From Candidatus Cloacimonadales bacterium (GTDB lineage: Bacteria; Cloacimonadota; Cloacimonadia; Cloacimonadales; JAIOQZ01): a stretch of 64,000 nt of DNA. The stretch spans positions 992,001-1,056,000 of the forward strand of contig CAXXTU010000002.1 of the NCBI GenBank assembly GCA_963662655.2, in the 5' to 3' direction. The position numbers and the translations under genes were made by a program. The stretch's first letter is position 1. Every line of letters begins with the position of its first letter. Below, in pieces: positions 20,017-30,029 of the stretch. Under the pieces are notes generated by a model that searched no databases, had not been told where the DNA came from, and saw only the letters and a list, made by a program, of their open reading frames with translations.

Positions 20017-20256
20017 CAGCATCTGCTGCTTCCAGTCCGATATCTGGTTGGGATGAACGTCGAATTGTACTGCAAGTTCGGCAAGCGTCCGGTCGCCCTT
20101 GAGCGCAGCCAGAGCCACCTTTGCCTTGAATGTCGCCGAGTGATTCCGTCGTGGTCTTCTCATTCGCTTACTCCTTAATTACTCTCTCTTTCTCTCTGAT
20201 CAATCGGAGCAAGATTTCCACTTATACGCAAGTCCTAATTTCCGGGGCCACTTCTT
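20017..20256 (-). mobile_element. IS3-family remnant: probable left end and truncated OrfA
   Basis: MRRPRRNHSATFKAKVALAALKGDRTLAELAVQFDVHPNQISDWKQQ is the IS3 OrfA HTH. Upstream gaagtggccccggaaattaggac resembles an IS3 terminal IR. No OrfB/DDE domain. Confidence 0.75.
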
Positions 20257-20293
20257 CTTTCCGCCCGATGTCCTGCGACGATGAGACAACAAT

Positions 20294-22087
20294 CTACTTC
20301 AACAGCAGCATCTTGCGTGTCATCTGACAATCGCTTGTTTGCATGCGATAGAAATAGACTCCACTCGATGATTGTTTTCCGTAAGAATCCTCTCCATCCC
20401 ATACCGCTTCGTGGAAACCGGCAGGCATCTTCGCGTCGACCAACGTGCAAACTTTCTGTCCCTTCAGGTTGTAGACTGTTATCTCGACAGCGCCACCCTG
20501 GTTGAGTGAATACCCGATCGTCGTCGACGGGTTGAAGGGATTGGGATAATTCTGATGAAGCTGAGCGGCAGCAAGTTCTGGCGCAATATTCTGATCGTCA
20601 TCGGCAGCAACCGTGTAAAGCAGTACCGGGTATCCGTTGTTCAGCTCGAACCCGGTATCAGCGCACCAGATGCTGTCGAAATCCCAGCCCAAATAGGTGA
20701 TATCCCCATGGGGCCAGGTCATTTCCTCCGTGGTGCGTCCCTCGCCAGCGCTACTGGTAGCAATTCCGCTGGTTTCAACATCCCAGTAGCTGAATTCGAC
20801 AGGCGACAACTCTACGAACCCGACCAGGCCTCCCAGATTGTCCTCGCCCGTTACGCTTCCGACCGAATAACAGTTTCCAATCCGCACATTGTAAGCAGAG
20901 CCAATAAAACCGGCGACAGAATTATTGCCCTGCACATTGCCGATCGAGTAGCAGTCCTGCACGTCACAATAGCTGGCCGATCCGATGAATCCACCGGAGT
21001 AATTATAGCCGCTGACATCCGGTGTACTGTAGCACTGAGTAAAATTTGAAGATATTGAATAACCGACCATACCGCCGGCTCTTTCAATCGATGAAGATAC
21101 GGAGCCATCGCTGTGGCAGAATTCTACGCTGGCATTCGAGCAATACCCGACCATGCCCCCGATCGAGGTTCCCCCCTCGACTTGCGAGAGGCAGTAACAG
21201 TTAATAATATCGCTCGATCGAGCATCCCCGAAAAGTCCCCCGGAACAGGTTTCGCAATCCACTGTACTTGTAGAGGAACAATCCGTAAACAAACCGTTGT
21301 CGTCATACCCGATCATTCCTCCGCCTCGGTTGCTCCCGTTAACCTGGGCATCGGTAACGCATTTGTCGAATACGCTATCTATCTCGTATCCAATCAAACC
21401 GCCTATGTTATCCACACCCGTGACAGTGCATGTTGTACTGCAACCGTTGATGTCTGAGTTCAAGGCGAATCCTGCGAGCCCACCGACCGAATCGTTGGCG
21501 GAAACCTCACAATCTGCGGAGCAATCCGTAATCGTCGCGTTCGCTGCCCAGCCGATGATCCCGCCGACATAGTCATAGCCGCTAACGTAGCCGCTGACAC
21601 GACAGTTCTCCATCACGGAACCGGAGAAGAGAATCCCGGCGATCGCTCCCACACACCGGTACGCGGAAACGGATACTCCCGTGAGAACGACATTCCGTAT
21701 CCCGGCGTTCTCCGTGTAGCCGAACAATCCCGTGTAGTTCTCCTCAGGCTGGTTGAGATGAAGATTCGAGATGGTGTACCCCTGCCCGTCGTAGCTACCG
21801 GTAAAGGGCATGTTATCCGGGCTCTGTGCTCCGACATACACTCCGATCGCAAGCCAGCCGATACCGACAAACCAGTTTTTCGTTTCACCTGCGTCGATAT
21901 CCTCTGTCTGTATAAATTCCTTATCCCAGTGTTCATCCGAACAGTAAATCCAAAAGAGGTTTTCCAGCGATTCGATTTGATAAGGATTGGCTTGTGAACC
22001 GTCTCCTGCCGTGGGAGGTATGGAATTCTGGCAGCGGAGAGCGATCGTAGTAATCAGTATAAGCAAGAACAAAAACGAGCGTTTCAT
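20294..22087 (-). CDS. Secreted GLUG-repeat protein with C-terminal sorting (FlgD-Ig/Por-type) tail
   Basis: Signal peptide, FTGSYDGQG, repeated VGGLxG units, NYPNPFNPST...KMLLLK. Confidence 0.85.
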   Translation of the reverse strand: MKRSFLFLLILITTIALRCQNSIPPTAGDGSQANPYQIESLENLFWIYCSDEHWDKEFIQTEDIDAGETKNWFVGIGWLAIGVYVGAQSPDNMPFTGSYDGQGYTISNLHLNQPEENYTGLFGYTENAGIRNVVLTGVSVSAYRCVGAIAGILFSGSVMENCRVSGYVSGYDYVGGIIGWAANATITDCSADCEVSANDSVGGLAGFALNSDINGCSTTCTVTGVDNIGGLIGYEIDSVFDKCVTDAQVNGSNRGGGMIGYDDNGLFTDCSSTSTVDCETCSGGLFGDARSSDIINCYCLSQVEGGTSIGGMVGYCSNASVEFCHSDGSVSSSIERAGGMVGYSISSNFTQCYSTPDVSGYNYSGGFIGSASYCDVQDCYSIGNVQGNNSVAGFIGSAYNVRIGNCYSVGSVTGEDNLGGLVGFVELSPVEFSYWDVETSGIATSSAGEGRTTEEMTWPHGDITYLGWDFDSIWCADTGFELNNGYPVLLYTVAADDDQNIAPELAAAQLHQNYPNPFNPSTTIGYSLNQGGAVEITVYNLKGQKVCTLVDAKMPAGFHEAVWDGEDSYGKQSSSGVYFYRMQTSDCQMTRKMLLLK

Positions 22088-22107
22088 GATAACCTCGGTA
22101 TGTGGTG

Positions 22108-23685
22108 TTATTTCATTAGCGTTATTTTCTTACGGGAAATCTCTTTGCCGTCGGCTTTCAGCCGGCACATGTAGATCCCCGTAGCGAGCTTCTCAGGTTT
22201 CCATGTTACCGTTGACTCTTGAGAATCCAACTTGATAGCATCCACCTTCTGGCCGCGGACATTGAAAAACTCCAGTTGCATCTCGTGGCATCCTGGAACC
22301 TGGATATCGAAACATATCTCCGGGTTGAATGGATTCGGGAAAGCCTGGAAGGTAACAGAAGGCTGCGGAGCGCTCTGGTCGTCGATGGGATACGGATCCT
22401 GTTCCATTAGTCCTTCCCTTCCTGCGAAGACGAGCGCTGAGCCATAGTAATGATCGGAGCTACCGGCGTCCCCATCTGCCCCGATCGCCACGTCATCGTA
22501 GCCATCGCCGTTGAAGTCGCCGATGTCGGTTCTCGGGAAGAAGTCCTCATGATCCTGAAAGAGCTGATAGATGTCTTCCGTACCATTTCGACCTCCCAGA
22601 AAACCCCAGAATCGTTCTGCCGAAGCGATGATGAGGTCTGAATAACCGTCACCGTTCAGATCGCCGATGCTCGGATAAAAACGACTCCGATCACATTCGA
22701 GATAGCCGATCCAGTCCCAGTGAATCGTCTCACCGCCTCGCCAAATGGGTTTTCCCAGTTCATCGCCATCTTCATAGCAAGTTTCAGAACCGATGAAATC
22801 GTCATAGCCGTCCCCATTGAAATCGCCAAGCGGACGGAACTCCTGTCCGGAAGTAGTTCTCATGAAATCGAGCAGATGAATATCCGGCAGCGTATCTTGC
22901 ACGGCAGAACCGTAGAATAAACAATGATGATGCGGATAAAGCGACGATCCGTCCGGCTGGGGCACGCCTTCTCCGATATAATGGTAATAGAAATCGGCGA
23001 ATCCGTCCGCATTGAGATCGCCCAATCCGTTGATGTTTATGTGACCGTGTTGATAACGATTTTCAACCAGTGTAATGGTCTCGAATGTGTTACCCATGAT
23101 GACATAGTACGAAACACGATAAGAGCCTTCATTCATTACAGCCATATCGTCATAATTGTCGCCATTGATATCTCCGAGGGAAAATACCTCAGGCAATGAA
23201 TTGCTTGTCTGGAACTGAAAATCCGGGATGGTGTCGTTGACGGTGTTTCCGAAAAGCACGCTAATGTAGTAAAAGGACTGATAGGATCCGGCCTCGCCAT
23301 AGGACATCGAATACCCGAGGTCTTCGCATCCGTCGCCGTTCATATCGCCAAGGTTGATGATGTTGCGCCAGGAATTCATAGTCCTTTTCGTCGAATCGAC
23401 GACCGTGGAGATGGAAAGGCTGCATGTTTCGCTCAGTCCGTTGGGGCTTCCCCAATAGAGATAGAGCTTCCCGCGAAACTGCGGAACTTCGACATCGACC
23501 ATGTAGCTTGGCGCCGATACGGCCAGATCGTCGTAACCGTCGCCATTGAAATCCAGCGCAGCGATCGTGTATCCGTAATTGTCGCATTCCTGAACCCCAG
23601 CGTCAGACCACACAAGCTCCATTGTCTGTTGAGAAAACAGGTTCAGAAAGCAGACCAACATGGATAGCAATATGATGTTTCGCAT
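22108..23685 (-). CDS. Secreted FG-GAP-repeat protein with C-terminal sorting tail
   Basis: Repeated GDxNGDGYDD motifs; FPNPFNP...KKITLMK. Confidence 0.85.
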   Translation of the reverse strand: MRNIILLSMLVCFLNLFSQQTMELVWSDAGVQECDNYGYTIAALDFNGDGYDDLAVSAPSYMVDVEVPQFRGKLYLYWGSPNGLSETCSLSISTVVDSTKRTMNSWRNIINLGDMNGDGCEDLGYSMSYGEAGSYQSFYYISVLFGNTVNDTIPDFQFQTSNSLPEVFSLGDINGDNYDDMAVMNEGSYRVSYYVIMGNTFETITLVENRYQHGHININGLGDLNADGFADFYYHYIGEGVPQPDGSSLYPHHHCLFYGSAVQDTLPDIHLLDFMRTTSGQEFRPLGDFNGDGYDDFIGSETCYEDGDELGKPIWRGGETIHWDWIGYLECDRSRFYPSIGDLNGDGYSDLIIASAERFWGFLGGRNGTEDIYQLFQDHEDFFPRTDIGDFNGDGYDDVAIGADGDAGSSDHYYGSALVFAGREGLMEQDPYPIDDQSAPQPSVTFQAFPNPFNPEICFDIQVPGCHEMQLEFFNVRGQKVDAIKLDSQESTVTWKPEKLATGIYMCRLKADGKEISRKKITLMK

Positions 23686-23712
23686 CGTGATTCTCCTTGC
23701 ACGCGTTTTCGG

Positions 23713-26700
23713 TTACTGCAACAGCAACATTTTTCTTATCTGGCTCGTCTTGCGATCCGTGAGCCTGTAGAGATAGACGCCGGACGCAACCGGTTTTCCG
23801 GTATCGTTGTTTCCCCGCCAGACAACCTGGTGGCTTCCCGCTTTAAATTCGGGATAGGTCTTCACCCGTTGTCCTTTGACATTGTAGATTTCAAGCTTTG
23901 CCGATTCGCCCTGCTTGACGCTGAACGAGATCGTCGTGGTGGGATTGAATGGATTCGGGTAGTTTGCATGAAGAACCGTCCTCGATACATCCGGGACTAA
24001 CGTGTCGTCCGTATCGACATACCCTTCCCAGGCCAGGAACGGGTAGCCCGAATTCTCCGAGGGATTGATCCCCCAGATATCCTCATCGCCGTTGAAGGAC
24101 TCCTCCATGAAATCCCAACCGGCTTGAATATATGTGTCCTGAACGTGCATTTCGATCGTCGAAAGGCCGGTTCCCCCGTAACTTTCATCCTGCCCGGAGG
24201 TCTCGATGTCCCAGAAGCAATCTTCCACCTGACTGTTCTCCCGACATCCGGCAAAACCACCAGTCTGCGTTTCGCCCGTGACGATTCCGCATGAATAGCA
24301 ATGCGTTACATCGACGTGCTCCGCGAGTTTCCCTACAAATCCACCGATACAATCATCGCCGGATACATTTCCCATTGCGTACGAATTCTCAATCCCCGAC
24401 AGCACGGAGTATCCAATCAACCCTCCGATGAATCGGGAACCTTCGACATCTGCGTTCGAATAGCTCTGTTGAATTGTGTTCCCGTAGTACGTCGCTCCGC
24501 ATATACCGCCTGCAAACAAATCGCAGACGATTGTTCCCGAACTGGAGCAATTTTCGATGGTGCAATCATCGATCGCGTACCCGGCAATCGCTCCCGCATA
24601 CTGCTGCGCAGTGATAGAAACGTTTGTCATGGCTAGATTTCGGATGGTTGCGTTCTGGATGTATCCGAACAAACCTTTCGGGCTGGCATCTTCATTGTCG
24701 ATGAACAGGCTGTCGATGGCATGACCTTGCCCGTCGAAAGTACCCGTGAAAGGAGTCTGGAATGTACCGAAAGTCATAAAACCTCGATTGGAGAACCACC
24801 GTGAAGTCGCGGAGGCATTTACATCCGCGATCAGCTCGATGGACGAGTCCCAAGCGCTATCATTCAATTCCAGCCAGTAAAGTTCGCAGGTGCTCTCGAC
24901 TCTGTATGGATCGCTTTCGGTTCCGGCGCCCTGAGGTTGCAGCGGAGGTTTGTATTCGGCTCCCCTCCATGCGAAATACGGGTAACCGCCGTTGCTTGCG
25001 GGATCGATCCCCCAGATATCCACGGTTCCATTCTCCGTTTCTTCGAGGAAGTCCCATCCGGCGTCGATATAAGGGGCCGGATACATCATCTGAGTCCAGG
25101 TCAATCCGGTTCCACCGTCACTTTCGGCTTGTTGCGAAGTCGTTGTGTCCCAGAAACAATTAACGATGCTTGCTTCGCCCTGGGTACCGATCAGACCGCC
25201 GGTATTGCTTTCTCCTTCAACCACGGCATAGCTGTATGAATCCGAAACTACCCCGCCGTCGCATCCTCCGACCAAACCGCCTGCGCGATCGACGCCGGTA
25301 ACGGTTCCGGAGCTGAAGCACTGGCTTATCTCTCCCGAGACCAGTTGCCCGATCAACCCGCCCGTGTTGCCGCTGCCGCTCACGGCATCAGTACTGTACG
25401 ATTGCTCGATCGTCCCCGATTCCATGTAGCCCACCAGGCCTCCGACGCTCGTGCTCCCGGGAATTTCTCCCGTGTTGTACGATTGGACAATGGTTCCCGA
25501 TTCGAAATAGCCGAATAAACCACCGGCTTGATCGCTTCCATAAACACGGCCATTATTGACAAGCATCGAAGCCGTACCGCTGAAGTGTCCGCAGATTCCG
25601 CCGGCTTCTTCCGGTCCGTGGTTCAGTTGGCTTTCGTTGGTACAATTGGAAATGGTGCAGGAATCGGCATATCCGACGATTCCCCCCACATATAACTCAC
25701 TGAAGGCGATACTCCCGTCGGAGGTGCAATCCGTAATCGATCCGTTGAGATGTTTGCCGATCAAACCGCCTACGCATTCACCGCCGTAAACATTACATAA
25801 CTCCCGGTGGCAGTTGTGCATATTGCCGTTTTCCAGCGCACCCGCGATTCCCCCTGAATAATCGCCGCCGCGAACAGTAAGGTATGAAACGTCGCAGTCC
25901 GTTATATCCATCCCCTCGAGGTATCCCACTACCCCTCCGGTATAGGTATCGCCGTTTATCTCTCCTTCCACGGAGCACTCGGATATCGAGGATCCATCGA
26001 CGGCTTTCCCGGCAATCCCGCCAACATAGTTTGTTCCGTCTATATCGCATTCCGATAAGACGATATTACTGATCTGCGCGCCGGAAATATATCCGAACAA
26101 TCCCACGTAATCATCATTCGGGTACGAGCAGTGAAGATTCGATATCGTGAACCCCTGCCCGTTATAGCTCCCGGTGAAGGGGATATACTCGTTTGTGCCA
26201 ATCGGAAGGAATTGATTCAGACTATAGACCGATGAACTGGTGAGATGCGCATCGATATCGACCAATTGCTTGTAATGCGCGTTCCATTGAGTGGAGTGTC
26301 GGCTGATCCAGATAAAAGTTTCGAAATTGTAGATGAGAAACGGATCCTCTTCCGTTCCGGTCCCTGCGGGATAGCCATCGTCCGGGCGGAAAACCGTATC
26401 GACAAACACATCGTCGATCATGAGCGTTTGGGCATGAGTGGTCGATTGTGTAACAAGGGCAAAACGGATGGTTTGACCGACATAAGACCTCAGGCTTTTT
26501 CGCACGAATTCCCAGGTCCTATTCGTTGCGGTTGTGTCCAGCAGGGTCGAGGTGAAGTCCTCGGGCTCAATGCCGCCTGTTGAAATCTTGATCTGATAGT
26601 CTGCCGGATACGAATTATCTGTATTGACCCAGAATTTCAGCCAGGAGATACGATCGATATCAATGGGTGGCGAGATCAGGTAGTTGACGTTTGAATTATC

Positions 26701-27789
26701 GCACGGACTGCTTACGCAAAACGCCCCCGAATGAGGTGTCTGAGAGTCGTCGGAAAGCTGCCAGTTAACTCCATTCCCATCCTGATCGACGATTGTCCAG
26801 CTCGAAGGAGGGAAGCCGTTCTCGAACCCTTCTTGCAGCAAGCGATATTCATCCAGGCCGGTGATGCAATAGACGCTGTTGGAGTATCCGGATTCCACGG
26901 TTTCGTCATACATGGCGCTTATCTTGTATTCATGCGTGATACCGGGAATCGGCGTTTCATCGTAGCACGTTAACGCAGTGCCAGGCAATTCGCTCATAAG
27001 CTCGTTGTCCTTGTAAACCCGATACCCCGTAATCATGCGTGTCAAAGGTCTGAAATCGCAGGGATCGGCCTGTCGACCACGCAGGGCCGGGCGAGGAATA
27101 TCTTGTGCAGAATGGGATTGATAAGGCGATACCTTCGTCAAACAACTTCCGCCCCTGTATTCGCCGGAGGTGATCCACAGGTTCATGAGAAAATCGCCCT
27201 CGGCGATGGAAGACAGGCTATACGTATCCTGGATATTGACGATCCGGGAGCTGGCATTCAACTGCTCATCGAAATCGATGACCGGGTACGCGTTTTCAGA
27301 CGTGTTTCCAAGAGGCTCCATCACGATGCAGACCCGGGTCGGCACTTCCAGACCACCGAGAGGAATCCCGCTTTCCCACCCATCGGTCAGGGTAGTCTCC
27401 AGGTCTTCGATGATCGCGATGGGCTGCGAGGGATTCTCCGGATCATAGATATGTAATCGGTACTCGAATAATCCCGAGACTCCCCAGGGACTGTGACGAA
27501 AATCGAGATACTGAAGAACGGGGCTGGCCCAGGCGGACAGTTCGAAAATCGTACCATAGCCTAGATTGAAGGTTTGATAGTAAGCGCTGTGCGGTGTATT
27601 GTCGTGGTAGTGGAGTTCCGCCAAGCCTTCCGGCATGGGTTCATCCCATTTCAGTTGAACGAAGTCGAGACCCTTCTCGTACGTCAGGTTCAGCGGAGGA
27701 TTCTGAGCGATGAGAAGCCCGGACGCCGCCAGCATTGCGAAGCATAATATCCATTGCGGAAAAAAGGATTGATTTCTATTCGCTTTCAT
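23713..27789 (-). CDS. Large secreted protein: FN3-like, cleaved-adhesin-like and two GLUG blocks, with sorting tail
   Basis: EGFENGFPPSSWTIVDQDG...YLISP...IDDV domain, GLUG repeats, NYPNPFNPTT...KMLLLQ. Confidence 0.85.
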   Translation of the reverse strand: MKANRNQSFFPQWILCFAMLAASGLLIAQNPPLNLTYEKGLDFVQLKWDEPMPEGLAELHYHDNTPHSAYYQTFNLGYGTIFELSAWASPVLQYLDFRHSPWGVSGLFEYRLHIYDPENPSQPIAIIEDLETTLTDGWESGIPLGGLEVPTRVCIVMEPLGNTSENAYPVIDFDEQLNASSRIVNIQDTYSLSSIAEGDFLMNLWITSGEYRGGSCLTKVSPYQSHSAQDIPRPALRGRQADPCDFRPLTRMITGYRVYKDNELMSELPGTALTCYDETPIPGITHEYKISAMYDETVESGYSNSVYCITGLDEYRLLQEGFENGFPPSSWTIVDQDGNGVNWQLSDDSQTPHSGAFCVSSPCDNSNVNYLISPPIDIDRISWLKFWVNTDNSYPADYQIKISTGGIEPEDFTSTLLDTTATNRTWEFVRKSLRSYVGQTIRFALVTQSTTHAQTLMIDDVFVDTVFRPDDGYPAGTGTEEDPFLIYNFETFIWISRHSTQWNAHYKQLVDIDAHLTSSSVYSLNQFLPIGTNEYIPFTGSYNGQGFTISNLHCSYPNDDYVGLFGYISGAQISNIVLSECDIDGTNYVGGIAGKAVDGSSISECSVEGEINGDTYTGGVVGYLEGMDITDCDVSYLTVRGGDYSGGIAGALENGNMHNCHRELCNVYGGECVGGLIGKHLNGSITDCTSDGSIAFSELYVGGIVGYADSCTISNCTNESQLNHGPEEAGGICGHFSGTASMLVNNGRVYGSDQAGGLFGYFESGTIVQSYNTGEIPGSTSVGGLVGYMESGTIEQSYSTDAVSGSGNTGGLIGQLVSGEISQCFSSGTVTGVDRAGGLVGGCDGGVVSDSYSYAVVEGESNTGGLIGTQGEASIVNCFWDTTTSQQAESDGGTGLTWTQMMYPAPYIDAGWDFLEETENGTVDIWGIDPASNGGYPYFAWRGAEYKPPLQPQGAGTESDPYRVESTCELYWLELNDSAWDSSIELIADVNASATSRWFSNRGFMTFGTFQTPFTGTFDGQGHAIDSLFIDNEDASPKGLFGYIQNATIRNLAMTNVSITAQQYAGAIAGYAIDDCTIENCSSSGTIVCDLFAGGICGATYYGNTIQQSYSNADVEGSRFIGGLIGYSVLSGIENSYAMGNVSGDDCIGGFVGKLAEHVDVTHCYSCGIVTGETQTGGFAGCRENSQVEDCFWDIETSGQDESYGGTGLSTIEMHVQDTYIQAGWDFMEESFNGDEDIWGINPSENSGYPFLAWEGYVDTDDTLVPDVSRTVLHANYPNPFNPTTTISFSVKQGESAKLEIYNVKGQRVKTYPEFKAGSHQVVWRGNNDTGKPVASGVYLYRLTDRKTSQIRKMLLLQ

Positions 27790-27841
27790 ACCAACTCCTG
27801 TTCTTTCAATTTCATGAAGACCGTTGAACGAATTCCCGTCT

Positions 27842-30013
27842 TTATTTGATCATCAGCATTTTTTGCATCACCGCATGCTTCCCTGCCTGCATGCGATACA
27901 GGTACACGCCACTCGATACCGGCTCTCCCCGATCGTCGTCGCCATTCCATTGCAAGCCATGTTCGCCTTTCTTCAATCTCTCACGTACCAGCGTCTTGAC
28001 ACGCTGTCCCTTGATGTTGAAGATTTCAAGGATAACATCGCTGTCTTCTTTCAGGGAAAAACGTATCGTGGTGGACGGATTGAAGGGGTTCGGATAGTTA
28101 TTCAACACAATTTCAGGTTCTTCAATCGCAAGCTCGTGCGTCCCAACGGCCTCGATCTCGAGGACATTGATTCCGCCGTATCTATTGTTCAAGACCAGGC
28201 AGCCGTCGCAATGAATGATCTGGCTCGTGATCTGATTCCAGTAATAGACGCCGGTCTGTTCGGGCTGTATCGGGTTGGCGATATCGAACAACAACAAACG
28301 GTTCCACATGTTATCGGCCACGATGAGGTTATTCTCCACGATGCACGATGCACTGAAGAGATTTCCATCGTCCATGCGAACGGTTCCAACAAGCTGCGGC
28401 GTGGCAGGTTCGATCAGATCATAGATCTTTATCGCTGTTTCCGTAATGATATAGAGATCATTCAGATAAAACTGAACATCCTGGATAACGCCCGGGAAAA
28501 TGGTGCTGAGGCATTGCAAGTCCCCGTCTTCTTCGATATCGTAGATTTGCAGGATATTCTCTTCTGTCCATGCGTAAAGAAAGCCGTTGGCCGCCCGGAT
28601 ATCTTCGAAAAGCAATGGAGCATCAGTTGCCCCCAGGTAAATCGGATAATCAAGATCGGAAACGCTGCTTCGCACAATATGCCCTGGCTCCGTCATATAC
28701 ATGGTTTCATCTGCGATCTCCAGGCCATACAGTCGGTCGTGACTGAAGGGCGTATGCTCGCGAATCTGGATTGGTTGGGTCGGGTCGCTGACATCATACA
28801 GCCTTACCCCATGATTCAGCTCGGACAGAAACAGGACGTCGTCCACGAGGAGGATATCCTGTGGCCAGCTTAACCAGTCGAGGGTGGCAATCGCTTCCGG
28901 ATTGTTGAGGTCGGAGAAGTCTGCAATAATCAAATCCTGCACCTGAACCAGGTAGAGAGTATCGTCGAATAGCTTGCAGAAATTTATTTCCACATGATCC
29001 GTATCGATATCGTAGCCTGCAAACGTACCGATAAGACGGTCGTTCCCCGGATTGGACAGGTCGAGGCAACGGGCGAATCCGTTATCGATAACCATGATTC
29101 TTTGATCGCCCAGATCGATCGGGCAATTCGTTACCGCAGCGAAGTCATCCAGACGCTCCAGATGCGCGGGGTCGGATACATCGATAAAATGGATGATGGA
29201 TTCCGCCCGATAGCTGATTGCAATATCCCCTACGAAATCAATATGACCGGCTCTGCTTTGGACATCGTCCAATCGTTGCATGTTTCCCGGGTCCGAAACA
29301 TCGATGGAGATCAGCTTTCCCTCATCCCAACTCGAGACGTAGAGGCAATCGCCGTGTGCACCCAAATAACCGTCAGCAGCAACTTGAGACAGTTGCGGCC
29401 AGGAGTCGGAATTGCTTGCATCATACGCCGTGACGACATCGTTTCTCGCGATGAACACGATATCTCCTTTGATCTCGACATCGCTCATGTACCCGCCAAC
29501 GCTTACCGGAAGATGTTGTGGATTCAGCGGGTCGCTGACGTCCCAGCAGTCACTGCAATAGATATAGTCTTCATAGTCCTCGTCGTAGTAGTACCAACTG
29601 TACACAATGAGCGTATCCGACGCGTCCAACGTGTTGGTCGAAGCCCCGTAGAAGGGGTGGCAAGTGGGAGCAAGTGATGTTTCGACTACCAGTTCCGGAG
29701 AGTTCGGATTGCTGATATCGAATACTTCCAGGTTGCCGTATGCTGCGATCAGGTAGTCTCCGCTTATGACTGCATCGAATTTGTAAGGGTAATAAACCTC
29801 GAAGGGCAACGCGCTGAGCAGCTCGATATTGTATGGATCGGACACGTCGAAAAGGAACGCATCGTCATACAAACCCATTGTTGCGATCATCAAATCGCCT
29901 TCTCGAAACAGAACCTGTTCAATGTCCGTCTCGAAACACCTGTATTGGCGGAATACCGCAAACATGTTCACCGACAGCATGATAATCACGATCGATACAA
30001 AGACCTTTTTCAT
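27842..30013 (-). CDS. Secreted LVIVD-repeat (beta-propeller) protein with sorting tail
   Basis: Repeated DVSDPxNP units; NYPNPFNPST...KMLMIK. Confidence 0.85.
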   Translation of the reverse strand: MKKVFVSIVIIMLSVNMFAVFRQYRCFETDIEQVLFREGDLMIATMGLYDDAFLFDVSDPYNIELLSALPFEVYYPYKFDAVISGDYLIAAYGNLEVFDISNPNSPELVVETSLAPTCHPFYGASTNTLDASDTLIVYSWYYYDEDYEDYIYCSDCWDVSDPLNPQHLPVSVGGYMSDVEIKGDIVFIARNDVVTAYDASNSDSWPQLSQVAADGYLGAHGDCLYVSSWDEGKLISIDVSDPGNMQRLDDVQSRAGHIDFVGDIAISYRAESIIHFIDVSDPAHLERLDDFAAVTNCPIDLGDQRIMVIDNGFARCLDLSNPGNDRLIGTFAGYDIDTDHVEINFCKLFDDTLYLVQVQDLIIADFSDLNNPEAIATLDWLSWPQDILLVDDVLFLSELNHGVRLYDVSDPTQPIQIREHTPFSHDRLYGLEIADETMYMTEPGHIVRSSVSDLDYPIYLGATDAPLLFEDIRAANGFLYAWTEENILQIYDIEEDGDLQCLSTIFPGVIQDVQFYLNDLYIITETAIKIYDLIEPATPQLVGTVRMDDGNLFSASCIVENNLIVADNMWNRLLLFDIANPIQPEQTGVYYWNQITSQIIHCDGCLVLNNRYGGINVLEIEAVGTHELAIEEPEIVLNNYPNPFNPSTTIRFSLKEDSDVILEIFNIKGQRVKTLVRERLKKGEHGLQWNGDDDRGEPVSSGVYLYRMQAGKHAVMQKMLMIK

Positions 30014-30029
30014 CGCTCTTCCCTCCCCG

